From the sequence record MN871449.1: 64,000 bases of DNA, one strand, 5' to 3'. Position 1 is the stretch's first letter. Every line of letters begins with the position of its first letter. The position numbers were made by a program, and so were the translations under genes. The notes under the pieces are model-generated. The model was not told the DNA's origin and did no database searches. It saw only the letters and a list, made by a program, of their open reading frames with translations. This document shows, in pieces, positions 37,573-46,751 of this stretch.

Positions 37573-38868
37573 TTATTTCATTGCTTTTTTGGCCACATTC
37601 AGCTGGGCTTCGGCCACACGGAAGAAGTGGTTGATGAATTGCATCAACGGTTTCGTGTAAGCTTTGATGTACGCCCGGTTAACGCGATTAATCGCGGTTT
37701 GATACTGGGTGCTACTGATCCCGAATACGATAGAACTTGCCAAACCAAAGTCGGTGTGCGTAGTAAAGAAATCAACGTTAAACATGGTGCCGGTCACTTT
37801 GGTACGGGAGAGACTTCCCATCGTCCCTTTGACCATCTGGCAAAGACGGCGCACAGATTCTTTGTTTACGCCGGTCATTTCAAAGGCGCGACCGTCGGTG
37901 TTCCCGGCTAAGTAGATATCCGGTACGGACTCGCCAATGCTTTTCGAGACAGCGCGGAAGTCTTCGCTCTTTTCCAGTCTTTCGCCGTTAGAAATATAAA
38001 TCCCGCCGAACGTTTTACCATCGGTAAAGGTACTCTGGAACAGTGCGTCTAACGCCTCAGCATTAGCGATGAATTTTTTCGCGAGATCGTTACGACTGTT
38101 CGCTTTGGCATCACCGCGGCCTAACGAGGTATCAAAAGTCTTCTGTACCAGGTTAACGAATTCGTCGTGTTTGGTCAGGACTTTCTGGGAGTACGGACCG
38201 GAGAGCTCGGCGGTTTTCTTGGCGATCGTTTCTAAACCGGAAACGGCTTTGTCAAACGTCGTCGCGAAACTGTTATTGTCCCACGCAACGTAAACCGAGG
38301 AAGATTCACTGACCGGAACACTGTCTTTAAACTCTGCATCGGTCGCTTTCTTCTCGACAGAAGACACCAGATTCTTCAGGGCTTCCAAACGAGAGAACAG
38401 TCCTTTCACGTATTTCTTGAAAGACTCGCCGGCGTTCTTGACTAACTGAACTGCGCCTTTCATGAAATTACTGACGGTTTCGCCGAGCGATTCGAGAGCA
38501 GGTTCAGACGCGCCTTTGATTTCAAATGCTTCCAGAGAAGGGATGACGGTTTCTACGGTTTCACCGGTGCCGTCAACTACGGCGTCGGTCGCTTGTTCGA
38601 TAAGCGCAATTTCGGCCGGGGTGGCGATACGATCTTCGCCTACGACTTCGCTACTGATAAAATCTTTCAGGAGTTCACCGCGTTCGGATTTGTCATCGAG
38701 AATCGCAGATTCGTCGAGTTGATCGACCACCTCACTGGTCAGCTCATAGGCTTCGAGGGCCAGTAAACCTAACTCACTGGCGTCGCCTTCCGGGAGATCA
38801 ATAAACGCTTGGGCTTCCAAAGAGGGGGTAGAAGCAAGGGCTTCGAGTACTTTACGAGTATGTTTCAT
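37573..38868 (-). CDS. internal head (ejection/inner-body paralog family) protein with acidic cleavable propeptide
   Basis: Acidic N-terminal ~125 aa with SLE/ALE sites (PSLEAQ, LALEAY, PSLEAF, PALESL), as in phiKZ/SPN3US head proteins processed by the prohead protease. Confidence 0.75.
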   Translation of the reverse strand: MKHTRKVLEALASTPSLEAQAFIDLPEGDASELGLLALEAYELTSEVVDQLDESAILDDKSERGELLKDFISSEVVGEDRIATPAEIALIEQATDAVVDGTGETVETVIPSLEAFEIKGASEPALESLGETVSNFMKGAVQLVKNAGESFKKYVKGLFSRLEALKNLVSSVEKKATDAEFKDSVPVSESSSVYVAWDNNSFATTFDKAVSGLETIAKKTAELSGPYSQKVLTKHDEFVNLVQKTFDTSLGRGDAKANSRNDLAKKFIANAEALDALFQSTFTDGKTFGGIYISNGERLEKSEDFRAVSKSIGESVPDIYLAGNTDGRAFEMTGVNKESVRRLCQMVKGTMGSLSRTKVTGTMFNVDFFTTHTDFGLASSIVFGISSTQYQTAINRVNRAYIKAYTKPLMQFINHFFRVAEAQLNVAKKAMK

Positions 38869-39052
38869 TTTGGGTCATAACCTTTGCAAAGGGTGATAAT
38901 ACGGGCGTTCGTAACATAAGATATACCTTGCTCAGAGATCTTTTTACGCACTTCGCCTTTAGTCTGATAATAAGAAGAAAGTCGTTATTAAAACGCACAG
39001 AGAATACGCTTTATACAATCAATTAATCGAAAAATAAGCTAAGGAAACAAAG

Positions 39053-40288
39053 ATGAATTTACAGTCCCACTTCGAAGCGGAATTTGAATTCGCTAAGCTC
39101 GATGAAGAAAGTCGTTCCGTATTACGTGCAGCGTTTGATATCTGGCATGATCAAGGGCACTCCGGTGGCAGCGCCGGGATTTTAATCGGTTCCCTCAAAG
39201 CCTGGCGAAAATCACTGACCCCTATAGACGATAATGCCTCACTACTTTCCGGTTTCAGTCGCTTGTTGTTTGAGAACCCTAATCTCGACGATACTAAACG
39301 CGACCAGTTATTGGGACAATTCATTACCCTGGTGAGCTATCGTCCATTAACACCACTGACAGGTGAAGAGGACGAATGGGCCGAACACAGCTATGGCTCC
39401 AAACAGAACAAACGTTGTAGCGCCGTCTTCATGGACGATGACGGAATTGCGCGTTTTTTAGACGGTAGAATTTTCTACACTCCTTCTTCCTACAGCAGTG
39501 ACTTTATTGGTTACCACAATTTTTATTCATCGGTAGAAGTGACCTTCCCGTGGGTCCAGCCCGATGATATCGAGAAACACTTTTATGCCGATCGTGACGG
39601 TGCGTTAGAAATATCCCCTGAACACGCCGCCGCAATTTCCGACACCCGTGCTGTTACACAAGCCGCGGGGTTTATTAATGGTGACTATATCAACCTTGAA
39701 TCATTCTTTATTCATAAAGACCAACAGGAAGCACTCAGTGCGCTTTTTACTCGGTTTATTAAGCTGATGGGTACCTTTGATCACAAGACCCGTAAAAGAG
39801 CGCTCATGAGTTTAGATAACGTTTATTGGACAGACGATTACGAAAACGGTAACGAAAATGTCCCTATCGGTGGAATGTTCCGTGGTGAAACTCTCCCCCG
39901 TACACTAGTGGCACCTTTGACCCGACTGATCGCAATGATTCCACTGGACGCGAAATTGGCTGGAGATGAACTCGTTTGGTTTAGAGGGGCGCGTTTCGTG
40001 ATTAATTTCACAAAACCTATGTTCCCGTCGCAAAAATTCCAATCTTGGGTCGAAGTTACCTCTAAGCGTTTTAATGATAAAGTAGTGGTGTCGTTAGTCA
40101 AGGCGTCGGATAAACCTGACGAGATCACCTATTTTGATCGGGTAGGCTATGAGGTAAAATACGTTGGTGATGATGAGAATTACCTTTATCAGATGCGTAG
40201 GCGGTTTAAGATCAAACACCCTAAGGAGAAAGTCGCCGTCATCGATCAAACCTTGACGTCCGATAACGCTAACCCTGTTCAGGCGTAA
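39053..40288 (+). CDS. conserved phage protein (GHSG.SA / PLTPLTG.EDEW / QNKRCS N-domain)
   Basis: Motifs recalled from many phage hypotheticals; AAGGA RBS. Confidence 0.65.
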   Translation: MNLQSHFEAEFEFAKLDEESRSVLRAAFDIWHDQGHSGGSAGILIGSLKAWRKSLTPIDDNASLLSGFSRLLFENPNLDDTKRDQLLGQFITLVSYRPLTPLTGEEDEWAEHSYGSKQNKRCSAVFMDDDGIARFLDGRIFYTPSSYSSDFIGYHNFYSSVEVTFPWVQPDDIEKHFYADRDGALEISPEHAAAISDTRAVTQAAGFINGDYINLESFFIHKDQQEALSALFTRFIKLMGTFDHKTRKRALMSLDNVYWTDDYENGNENVPIGGMFRGETLPRTLVAPLTRLIAMIPLDAKLAGDELVWFRGARFVINFTKPMFPSQKFQSWVEVTSKRFNDKVVVSLVKASDKPDEITYFDRVGYEVKYVGDDENYLYQMRRRFKIKHPKEKVAVIDQTLTSDNANPVQA

Positions 40289-40337
40289 TTCTCCGGATGG
40301 TTTGCTATGTTAACAATCGCGTTTAAAAGGTGTCAAC

Positions 40338-40961
40338 ATGGCAGACGATATTTCCGTTAAGATCTCAGAACTCAACCGAGTCAATACCATTGCTGAGAAA
40401 GATATTATTCCTTTCTCTACTTCGTTAGTGGACGGAGCAGAAAGTACCCAAGCTGTCTCCGTCGCTATCCTACGAATGATTATGGCTAACCCGACAGTTT
40501 ACGACGATAGCGCTAAAGCGTTAGCCGATCTCAAAGCTGGTGATTATGCACTAATCTGGTCGGACTTCACTCGCTCCTCGGCGAATATCTTCAAATTCGA
40601 CGGTAACACGTTAGCCCAATTACTTACTGAATCCGGTAAGGCGATTGAAATTCCGATCACCAGTTCCGCGACTGGGGTGGTGTTCCGCTATACTGCTTTG
40701 GCAAACGAGTCGATCACTATTCCGAGTCGTTTAATCGGTACCACAGGCTATCACCGTATCATTGCGACGAACTTGACCTACCCTAATATCTTCGGTGAGT
40801 ACGTGGTAAACAAAGGGTTAGCGAGCGAAGCAATTGAGATGTCTTCAGCCATCGTTGAGAAGGAAGCTATGGTCGGGAAAATCCTGATTAATTGGCCTTC
40901 AAATATGGGTTTAGGAATGACCTTCGTTCAACAAGGTCAGTACGAAATTCGGATTTATTAA
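40338..40961 (+). CDS. tail-fibre anchor/adaptor protein lacking a depolymerase domain
   Basis: N-terminal ~105 aa align with the N-terminus of tailspike 29973..32192 (KISELN...). Confidence 0.6.
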   Translation: MADDISVKISELNRVNTIAEKDIIPFSTSLVDGAESTQAVSVAILRMIMANPTVYDDSAKALADLKAGDYALIWSDFTRSSANIFKFDGNTLAQLLTESGKAIEIPITSSATGVVFRYTALANESITIPSRLIGTTGYHRIIATNLTYPNIFGEYVVNKGLASEAIEMSSAIVEKEAMVGKILINWPSNMGLGMTFVQQGQYEIRIY

Positions 40962-40967
40962 GCACAG

Positions 40968-41004
40968 AGAGAGGAGGGCAGCTGCCCTCCTCTCTTTCTA
41001 TTTT
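40968..41004 (+). terminator. intrinsic terminator
   Basis: AGAGAGGAGGGC-AGCT-GCCCTCCTCTCT + T-rich tail. Confidence 0.75.
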
Positions 41005-41015
41005 ACGTCCTGTGG

Positions 41016-41038
41016 AATTTATTTGAAGACTATATCAC
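41016..41038 (+). promoter_or_regulatory. putative early promoter (copy 5)
   Basis: AATTTATTTGAAGACTATATCAC. Confidence 0.6.
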
Positions 41039-41070
41039 TTTATTGAAAGCTTACTCAGAGGGCCTTAGGA

Positions 41071-41775
41071 TTGAAAACTGAAGCGGAACGAAAATTATAT
41101 TCTGTTTGTAATCTGGTGGCGATGTCAACGCATTCTGCCACTGGGCAAAAAAGAAAAGGGTCTAACAAACCTTATTACATCCATCCGTTTTCCGTCAGTG
41201 AAACGCTCAAGGAAAATGACTACCCTATCACCGTAGTCTGCGCAGGTCTGTTACATGACGTGGTTGAGGATACCGAGATCTCTTTAGAGGATCTCCGTTT
41301 TATGCTGTTTACGTTTGATAGCATAGACGGTAATTACACCCAACTGGTTGATGAGACACTGAAACTCGTTGATTGGGTTACGGATCGCTACACAACTAAA
41401 GCCATACAAGCGAACCGGAAAGACCGAACGATGTTAGAGGCGACTAAACTCCTTAACTCCGCTAACCCTGACGCGTGGGCGGTGAAATTGGCAGATATCC
41501 TCGACAACCTAAAAGACGTTGAAGGGATAGAAGTCACCTTCCTTAAAATTTGGCTCACGGAAAAAGATATCTTTACGCAGTTTCTTCCGAAAGGACGTTA
41601 CTACGCACATCTTCACAAACTTGTCACTGACCGTATTACTGAGCTTGATAAAATCTATCATTTCCGTGATACGCAATGCTGGCACCGGTACCGTGATGCC
41701 ATGGAATTTTTCTTAGATGATAACAACCGCAAGGAGTTTGAAAATGCCTACCGAATCAATCCTGAATCTTGTTGA
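41071..41775 (+). CDS. HD-domain small alarmone hydrolase (SpoT/Mesh1-like)
   Basis: H..GQKRKG..KPYYIHP..V; GLLHDVVEDT; VKLADILDNL. Confidence 0.85.
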   Translation: MKTEAERKLYSVCNLVAMSTHSATGQKRKGSNKPYYIHPFSVSETLKENDYPITVVCAGLLHDVVEDTEISLEDLRFMLFTFDSIDGNYTQLVDETLKLVDWVTDRYTTKAIQANRKDRTMLEATKLLNSANPDAWAVKLADILDNLKDVEGIEVTFLKIWLTEKDIFTQFLPKGRYYAHLHKLVTDRITELDKIYHFRDTQCWHRYRDAMEFFLDDNNRKEFENAYRINPESC

Positions 41776-42250
41776 TAAGTTTGTTGATTTTTACCGGGTC
41801 TATTTTTCCCGTGAATCGAAAGAAGATGCGATTAAACGGATTAACTCCGGGGATTGCGGGACGGCGGCAGTATGTATTGGTTTGGTAGCGAAGCAGTGGG
41901 GACATGAGGTGATCTTTTACGATTGCGGGAACCATGCTTTTGTAAGCCTCTCCGACGTTATTATCGACACGGCTAATCCCCACGGTATTGAGTTGGAGAA
42001 ACTCCTTTCTCAATATAGCGCAGATCGGGCGAATGAAGTAACCGTTGAAGAGCTCATCGACGGGTATCTGGAGATCGATGCCCTGGGGTGCAGTTTCGCT
42101 AAACTCTTCCTCGAGCACTTTAAACAGCCTATCCCGGAGAAAATCCGTTACGTGGCCGAACACATCGACGAGTTCGATTCGATAGAGTGGGTACAACCGC
42201 ACGTTGATCGTTTAACGGGGTATCTGAAAGGGGCCGATAATGAACAATGA
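41744..42250 (+). CDS. putative Cys-His-Asp (papain/transglutaminase-like) protein
   Basis: INSGDCGTAA...HAFV...IIDT; AAGGAG RBS. Confidence 0.5.
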   Translation: MPTESILNLVDKFVDFYRVYFSRESKEDAIKRINSGDCGTAAVCIGLVAKQWGHEVIFYDCGNHAFVSLSDVIIDTANPHGIELEKLLSQYSADRANEVTVEELIDGYLEIDALGCSFAKLFLEHFKQPIPEKIRYVAEHIDEFDSIEWVQPHVDRLTGYLKGADNEQ

Positions 42251-42650
42251 TTTAAGCAGATTCATTCGGGAAATAATCATTCTGAAAAAGGACGATGTCG
42301 ATAAGTACTCCCCGGATGCGGTCAGGAAATTCTTTGAACGTAAACACTCGTTTTTGGAATTAGGGGTATTGGAGAGGCCGAAAGGTCCGATGTCCAAAGA
42401 GGACTTCCAACGTTATGTGACGGTTAACCGCGACCAATGTCACTTTGTGACGAAAAACTACAAGTGGGACAGTGAAGGGAATCTCATTACGAGTATCACA
42501 AACTACAGCCCTATTCGTTCCGAGAAAGTAGCGGGGGCGCTGATGAAGGAAACACTTCCTTTCGAATTTGTCCCGCGAATTCTTCGTAAGCGAAATCAAG
42601 ACGGTAGTTACCGTTTTGATATCATCACGTTCGATGTTTGCTGGAGGTAA
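42240..42650 (+). CDS. hypothetical protein
   Basis: Overlapping start. Confidence 0.65.
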   Translation: MNNDLSRFIREIIILKKDDVDKYSPDAVRKFFERKHSFLELGVLERPKGPMSKEDFQRYVTVNRDQCHFVTKNYKWDSEGNLITSITNYSPIRSEKVAGALMKETLPFEFVPRILRKRNQDGSYRFDIITFDVCWR

Positions 42651-42881
42651 ATGATGTACGAAGGCAATCTATTGCGGTACGCTAACGCCAAAATTAAAAC
42701 GGAGTTAGAGCAGGTCGAAGGGGTTGAGGTAACGGATCTCGATGAACCTATTTTCGATACCCTTTTCGATATAACCAGATTAGGGTTAGTGGTGGGTTGT
42801 GATCTGACCACCCTTAACGGTTTTCATTTGACAGCGAACACTGAAGAAGCGGAGGTCTGTCGTGGACTGCTTTTTAAATGA
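42651..42881 (+). CDS. hypothetical protein
   Basis: GGAGG RBS. Confidence 0.65.
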   Translation: MMYEGNLLRYANAKIKTELEQVEGVEVTDLDEPIFDTLFDITRLGLVVGCDLTTLNGFHLTANTEEAEVCRGLLFK

Positions 42882-43194
42882 TTCTGAGGCAATTTCTACT
42901 CATCAAAGACAGCGCCTTTTTGAACTTAAAGCAAATATCATCGCTCAAAGTTCGGTAGAGAAAGCACTAAACGCGCTTCGTGAGGAAGAATACCATCTTC
43001 GTGAACTTATCCAAATGGATCTCCGTCAGACGGGAATTTACGAAGCACATTTACGCGGGATACGCGACGAAGAGATCGCGCACTACGGTGATTATTCTGT
43101 TGGGTATGTTCAACGTTGTATTAAGTCCAAAGAAGCTGAGTTATACTCTCGGCGGACCGGTAACGCCATTATGATTCAATGGCCTGAGGAATAA
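42862..43194 (+). CDS. hypothetical protein
   Basis: GGAGG RBS, GTG start. Confidence 0.6.
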   Translation: MDCFLNDSEAISTHQRQRLFELKANIIAQSSVEKALNALREEEYHLRELIQMDLRQTGIYEAHLRGIRDEEIAHYGDYSVGYVQRCIKSKEAELYSRRTGNAIMIQWPEE

Positions 43195-43635
43195 ATGATG
43201 ATCACTACATTCAAAGGACGTAAAGGGATTTGGACTAAGCGTAACAAGGCTGACTTCGGGGAATTTATTCAGGTCAGTGGCGATGATAAACTACGAATCA
43301 ATTTCGGGCTGTTTGTCAAGGCCAAAGACCGTTCCGTTGTTATTCATTTTCATGACCTGTTTCCAGCGGACAGTAGTATTGACAATGGAACAGAGAAAAA
43401 TAAAGCGCCGTACGTTCCTCTGTTCCATGTCACACCTGGTGTAAAAAGTACCGGTATTTGCTTCAGTCCAGAATGTTTTTATATTTCACTTTCTATTAAC
43501 TACTGGGCTGGGCCTTCCCGCAATCTCAAATTAGGTGTCAATGCTCTTCAATCCTTTATTGGCGGGTTAGGTGATATCTCCGGCGAGAAGCTCGGCGAAA
43601 TTTTATCGGGAGTTGAAAAAGCATATGTTGCCTAA
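43195..43635 (+). CDS. hypothetical protein
   Basis: GAGGA RBS. Confidence 0.65.
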   Translation: MMITTFKGRKGIWTKRNKADFGEFIQVSGDDKLRINFGLFVKAKDRSVVIHFHDLFPADSSIDNGTEKNKAPYVPLFHVTPGVKSTGICFSPECFYISLSINYWAGPSRNLKLGVNALQSFIGGLGDISGEKLGEILSGVEKAYVA

Positions 43636-43716
43636 AATGCGGTACTACCGCCACTCTGAGATCATATTCTGCCCGTAGAGATGTTCTCTACGGGTGAACT
43701 CAGAGGATTTAAAACG

Positions 43717-43980
43717 ATGGCTATTCGTGACCGCGCTTTTCGCCGTTTCAAACGTGCTATGAAGAAAAAGAAAGTTTCTCACTATTGGAACGCCAATGTC
43801 TATTTTAATGGGATGAAACCCCAAACCGATAAAGGCATTATCGGTCGTGTAGCGACCACACCTTGTAACTGTAGTTGCTGGATGTGCGGTCATCAACGTA
43901 AAGGGCACGGGCTTACCCATAGCGAAATTGTAGCGCGAGAAAAGGCAGACATTGCATTAGGTCTGTCAGAAAAAGACTAA
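43717..43980 (+). CDS. small basic protein with CxCxxC motif
   Basis: GAGGA RBS; TPCNCSCWMCGHQR. Confidence 0.7.
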   Translation: MAIRDRAFRRFKRAMKKKKVSHYWNANVYFNGMKPQTDKGIIGRVATTPCNCSCWMCGHQRKGHGLTHSEIVAREKADIALGLSEKD

Positions 43981-43983
43981 CAC

Positions 43984-44012
43984 AGTAGGCGGGGCTAATC
44001 CCCGCCTACTTT
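43984..44012 (+). terminator. intrinsic terminator
   Basis: AGTAGGCGGG-GCTAAT-CCCGCCTACT + TTT. Confidence 0.7.
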
Positions 44013-44026
44013 TCAGAGGAAAGAAA

Positions 44027-44389
44027 ATGACTAAGCAAGATGTTCCTGTACAACCGGATACCATGGAGACTTTTGGTCTGTGGGAGCTTGAGAAAGAAAT
44101 TTACGAAAAAGAAGGGGTACGCGTACTTTTCCGAGCACCTGCCAGGTTGTCACTGATTGGGAAACGTTATAACGAAATTTACACTAACGTTTGTCCCGGT
44201 AATGCCCGATTGACGGTGTTGACGAAACGAATTCAAAACGTCATCAAACAACTGATCGTGGCGAACCAGCGAGGGTTTCTTTCGACTATCCCTAGTCATG
44301 AAATCACATTTGATTACATCGACGGGAAAGGGAACTTTCCTAATGGCGGGCAATACCTGACTACCGTTCGTAACAGCTATTCGAAATAA
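44027..44389 (+). CDS. hypothetical protein
   Basis: GAGGA RBS. Confidence 0.7.
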   Translation: MTKQDVPVQPDTMETFGLWELEKEIYEKEGVRVLFRAPARLSLIGKRYNEIYTNVCPGNARLTVLTKRIQNVIKQLIVANQRGFLSTIPSHEITFDYIDGKGNFPNGGQYLTTVRNSYSK

Positions 44390-44416
44390 CAGGCAATTGG
44401 AGATGAACCCATCTCC

Positions 44417-44439
44417 AATTTTTTTAACATCTATATAGC
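44417..44439 (+). promoter_or_regulatory. putative early promoter (copy 6), overlapping terminator 44395-44425
   Basis: AATTTTTTTAACATCTATATAGC. Confidence 0.55.
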
Positions 44440-44506
44440 TACAGTGATTTAGGAAAGATAAAACCTTTCCGTAAATAAAATAACTAAACCTATTGGAGTG
44501 CTATTA

Positions 44507-44917
44507 ATGTTACTGACTGCGAAAACTATCGAAAACGTACAAAAAGCTATTAATAAAAGTTCTTATACTGTTAAAGAGATTAAAGTCAAAGCTATTTATA
44601 CCACACCAAAAATTTCGGTGGCGCTTTACATTTTAGACGGCGAATTAGTTGCTAGTCAGCTGTATCCTTTCAAAGGGGCTAAAATGTCAAATCTCATTTT
44701 AGATGCGGCGGCCTTCTGCGACTACTATATACTAGAAGAGATTTATCGTGGTCTTGAAAAAGACGACACCGCAGAATTGATTGAGTCTTTATGGCCTTGC
44801 AACGATAAACGCAATGTCGTCGAGATCAGCTCCTTGAAAGAAAATAAAATCTCAAAGGAATCATTTAATACCCTCGCCAACAAATTCAACAACAACCATC
44901 AACGTCGCCGTAAATAA
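44507..44917 (+). CDS. hypothetical protein
   Basis: GGAG RBS before ATG 44507. Confidence 0.7.
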   Translation: MLLTAKTIENVQKAINKSSYTVKEIKVKAIYTTPKISVALYILDGELVASQLYPFKGAKMSNLILDAAAFCDYYILEEIYRGLEKDDTAELIESLWPCNDKRNVVEISSLKENKISKESFNTLANKFNNNHQRRRK

Positions 44918-44928
44918 GAGAAACTAAA

Positions 44929-45300
44929 ATGAAACCACGCTTTGCTTTAATAGGGATTGCCTTCTTTGCGGCGAATGCCTCTGCCCACTACTTCGGTCCA
45001 GTTAACCAAACTAACTCCATCGGCATGGACGGCTATTCTCAAATTGAGATGTACATCGATACGAAAGAATCCGGTGATTTTGTTTTTCGTGTCGGGAATA
45101 AGGTCATTGCGGATAAGAAAGGGATCCCCTACAAAAAATATGTTTTCGGTGGTGAAAGAGCGACCTTTCCGATGACCATCAATAACAAATTTATCCAGCA
45201 GCACGATAATGGACAGAAATACGTCCCTATCTGCGCAATGCAGGTAATACCCAACGTGCAGTTCCAGCCCGAGGTGTGCTTCAATGTCCATGTTGAATAA
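44929..45300 (+). CDS. exported Ig-like protein (putative fimbrial chaperone-like)
   Basis: Signal ...ANASA|HYFGP; beta-rich; C-terminal Cys pair. Confidence 0.55.
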   Translation: MKPRFALIGIAFFAANASAHYFGPVNQTNSIGMDGYSQIEMYIDTKESGDFVFRVGNKVIADKKGIPYKKYVFGGERATFPMTINNKFIQQHDNGQKYVPICAMQVIPNVQFQPEVCFNVHVE

Positions 45301-45688
45301 AGTCTTACTCTTTACAGTTACACTGGCTTGTTCAACAATGGCTTTTGCCGATGCGCCTTACATCATGAACAACACAGCTGAAAATCGTGGCCGCGTACAA
45401 AACGGTGATATCAGCTGTGAGGTCAGCCGCCCGCAAGCAACGATTAACGTCGGGGCGTACGGAAATAATGGTAGTCAGTATCGTTATGCAGATAACGATA
45501 AAGGCGGGTATGTTAGTATAAGTATCCCCTTAGGCGGTGACGATAAGATGGCCGAAAGCTGCGAGCGGTTAGCTGATCTTAGTCGTCGCCAAAAAGAATT
45601 ACAGATCCGTCGTTTAGAGATGGAAATGGAACGCATGGAACAGAATCAGCAAATGGATTCTCAACGTGCGATGCGTGTCGATCCGTAA
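45284..45688 (+). CDS. exported protein with amphipathic beta-hairpin and coiled coil (putative oligomeric OM pore)
   Basis: Signal ...TMAFA|D; GGYVSISIPLG; ESC..L..L.....E.QI..LE heptads. Confidence 0.5.
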   Translation: MSMLNKVLLFTVTLACSTMAFADAPYIMNNTAENRGRVQNGDISCEVSRPQATINVGAYGNNGSQYRYADNDKGGYVSISIPLGGDDKMAESCERLADLSRRQKELQIRRLEMEMERMEQNQQMDSQRAMRVDP

Positions 45689-45730
45689 GTTGTAATAAAA
45701 CATTAACTCAATCTCTCTTTTGGAAAACAA

Positions 45731-46225
45731 ATGAAAAACGTAAAATTCGCTGTGGCTGCTCTGGTACTGTCTCTGTCTTCTACTGCGTTCGCTGCGCAGG
45801 AAATGGTATGGGATGCAGAATACACTCAAACTCAAATGTCATGTGGGATCGATTTTGCCAATGGTCAGCAGACCGGCGGGATCCTTCTGAAAGGCGAGCA
45901 AGGTACCGATAATCAAAAGGCAGTTAACTTCGTACTGAAAAGTAACACCGCTCGCCAGAGCTGGAAACTGACCGAAGCCAAATTGACCCAAAACACCGGC
46001 CGCTTCGCCTTCGCTGATAACCTCATGACCATCAGCGATCGTTCGCAAACTTCTGTATTCATCAACAACCAGGAATACGCGTGGTCCGCTGCTGCTCAAA
46101 ATCAGCAGATCCAGGGTAACAGCAAAACGCTGGCTATCGCGCCGAAAATCAACCTCGACGCACAAGAGATGCCGCTGGGCACTACTCACATCCAGGGCAA
46201 AGTTGTCCTGACCTGCGAAAACTAA
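45731..46225 (+). CDS. exported fimbrial-subunit-like protein
   Basis: Signal ...STAFA|A; N-proximal Cys; beta-rich; C-terminal G...QGKVVLTC strand. Confidence 0.55.
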   Translation: MKNVKFAVAALVLSLSSTAFAAQEMVWDAEYTQTQMSCGIDFANGQQTGGILLKGEQGTDNQKAVNFVLKSNTARQSWKLTEAKLTQNTGRFAFADNLMTISDRSQTSVFINNQEYAWSAAAQNQQIQGNSKTLAIAPKINLDAQEMPLGTTHIQGKVVLTCEN

Positions 46226-46292
46226 TCTACCCCTGTCTCCGGTTCAGAGAACCGGAGACGTTCTAAAACGTTAACGTTAAGGAAGATATAAA

Positions 46293-46712
46293 ATGTTTTA
46301 CTCGCTGACCCTACTTTCCAAAATACTCTCTTTGTTCTCCTGCTTCGCCCTGGCTATTCTTATTATTGCGAAAATCCCGTTATTAGAGGATGCAGTAATT
46401 TACTGGGTGATCACGTTGATCACAATACGGTTACTCTGGCTGGGTTTCCAGTTCTTCTCCTTCCCTGACCTCTCAAGAATATCGCTGACGCCAGAGAACA
46501 AAAGTAAACTTCGCCAAAAAATAGAGAAGCATCTGACTTTCACTGGCGGGATGAACGTTATGCTGCGTTTAATCGTGGCTGTGGTGCTATTCATTCTGCT
46601 CTGCGTTCACCATGAGTACTTATTAGGTATTCTGTCTATCGCTACTTTCTTTGTCCGAATGTTTTTCGAGATTGAAGCGATAATCGAAATTGAATCGCTA
46701 AAACGCGTATAA
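46293..46712 (+). CDS. membrane protein (4 TM)
   Basis: AAGGA RBS; hydrophobic segments. Confidence 0.7.
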   Translation: MFYSLTLLSKILSLFSCFALAILIIAKIPLLEDAVIYWVITLITIRLLWLGFQFFSFPDLSRISLTPENKSKLRQKIEKHLTFTGGMNVMLRLIVAVVLFILLCVHHEYLLGILSIATFFVRMFFEIEAIIEIESLKRV

Positions 46713-46746
46713 AAAAGAGAGGGCGTTTGCCCTCTCTTTTTTTTTG
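46711..46746. terminator. bidirectional terminator
   Basis: A6-GAGAGGGC-GTTT-GCCCTCTC-T-run. Confidence 0.85.
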
Positions 46747-46751
46747 TTTCT

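Noticed and set aside
43645-43920. Minus-strand 91-aa ORF
   Set aside because: The opposite + strand ORF has a good SD and a recognisable CxCxxC motif
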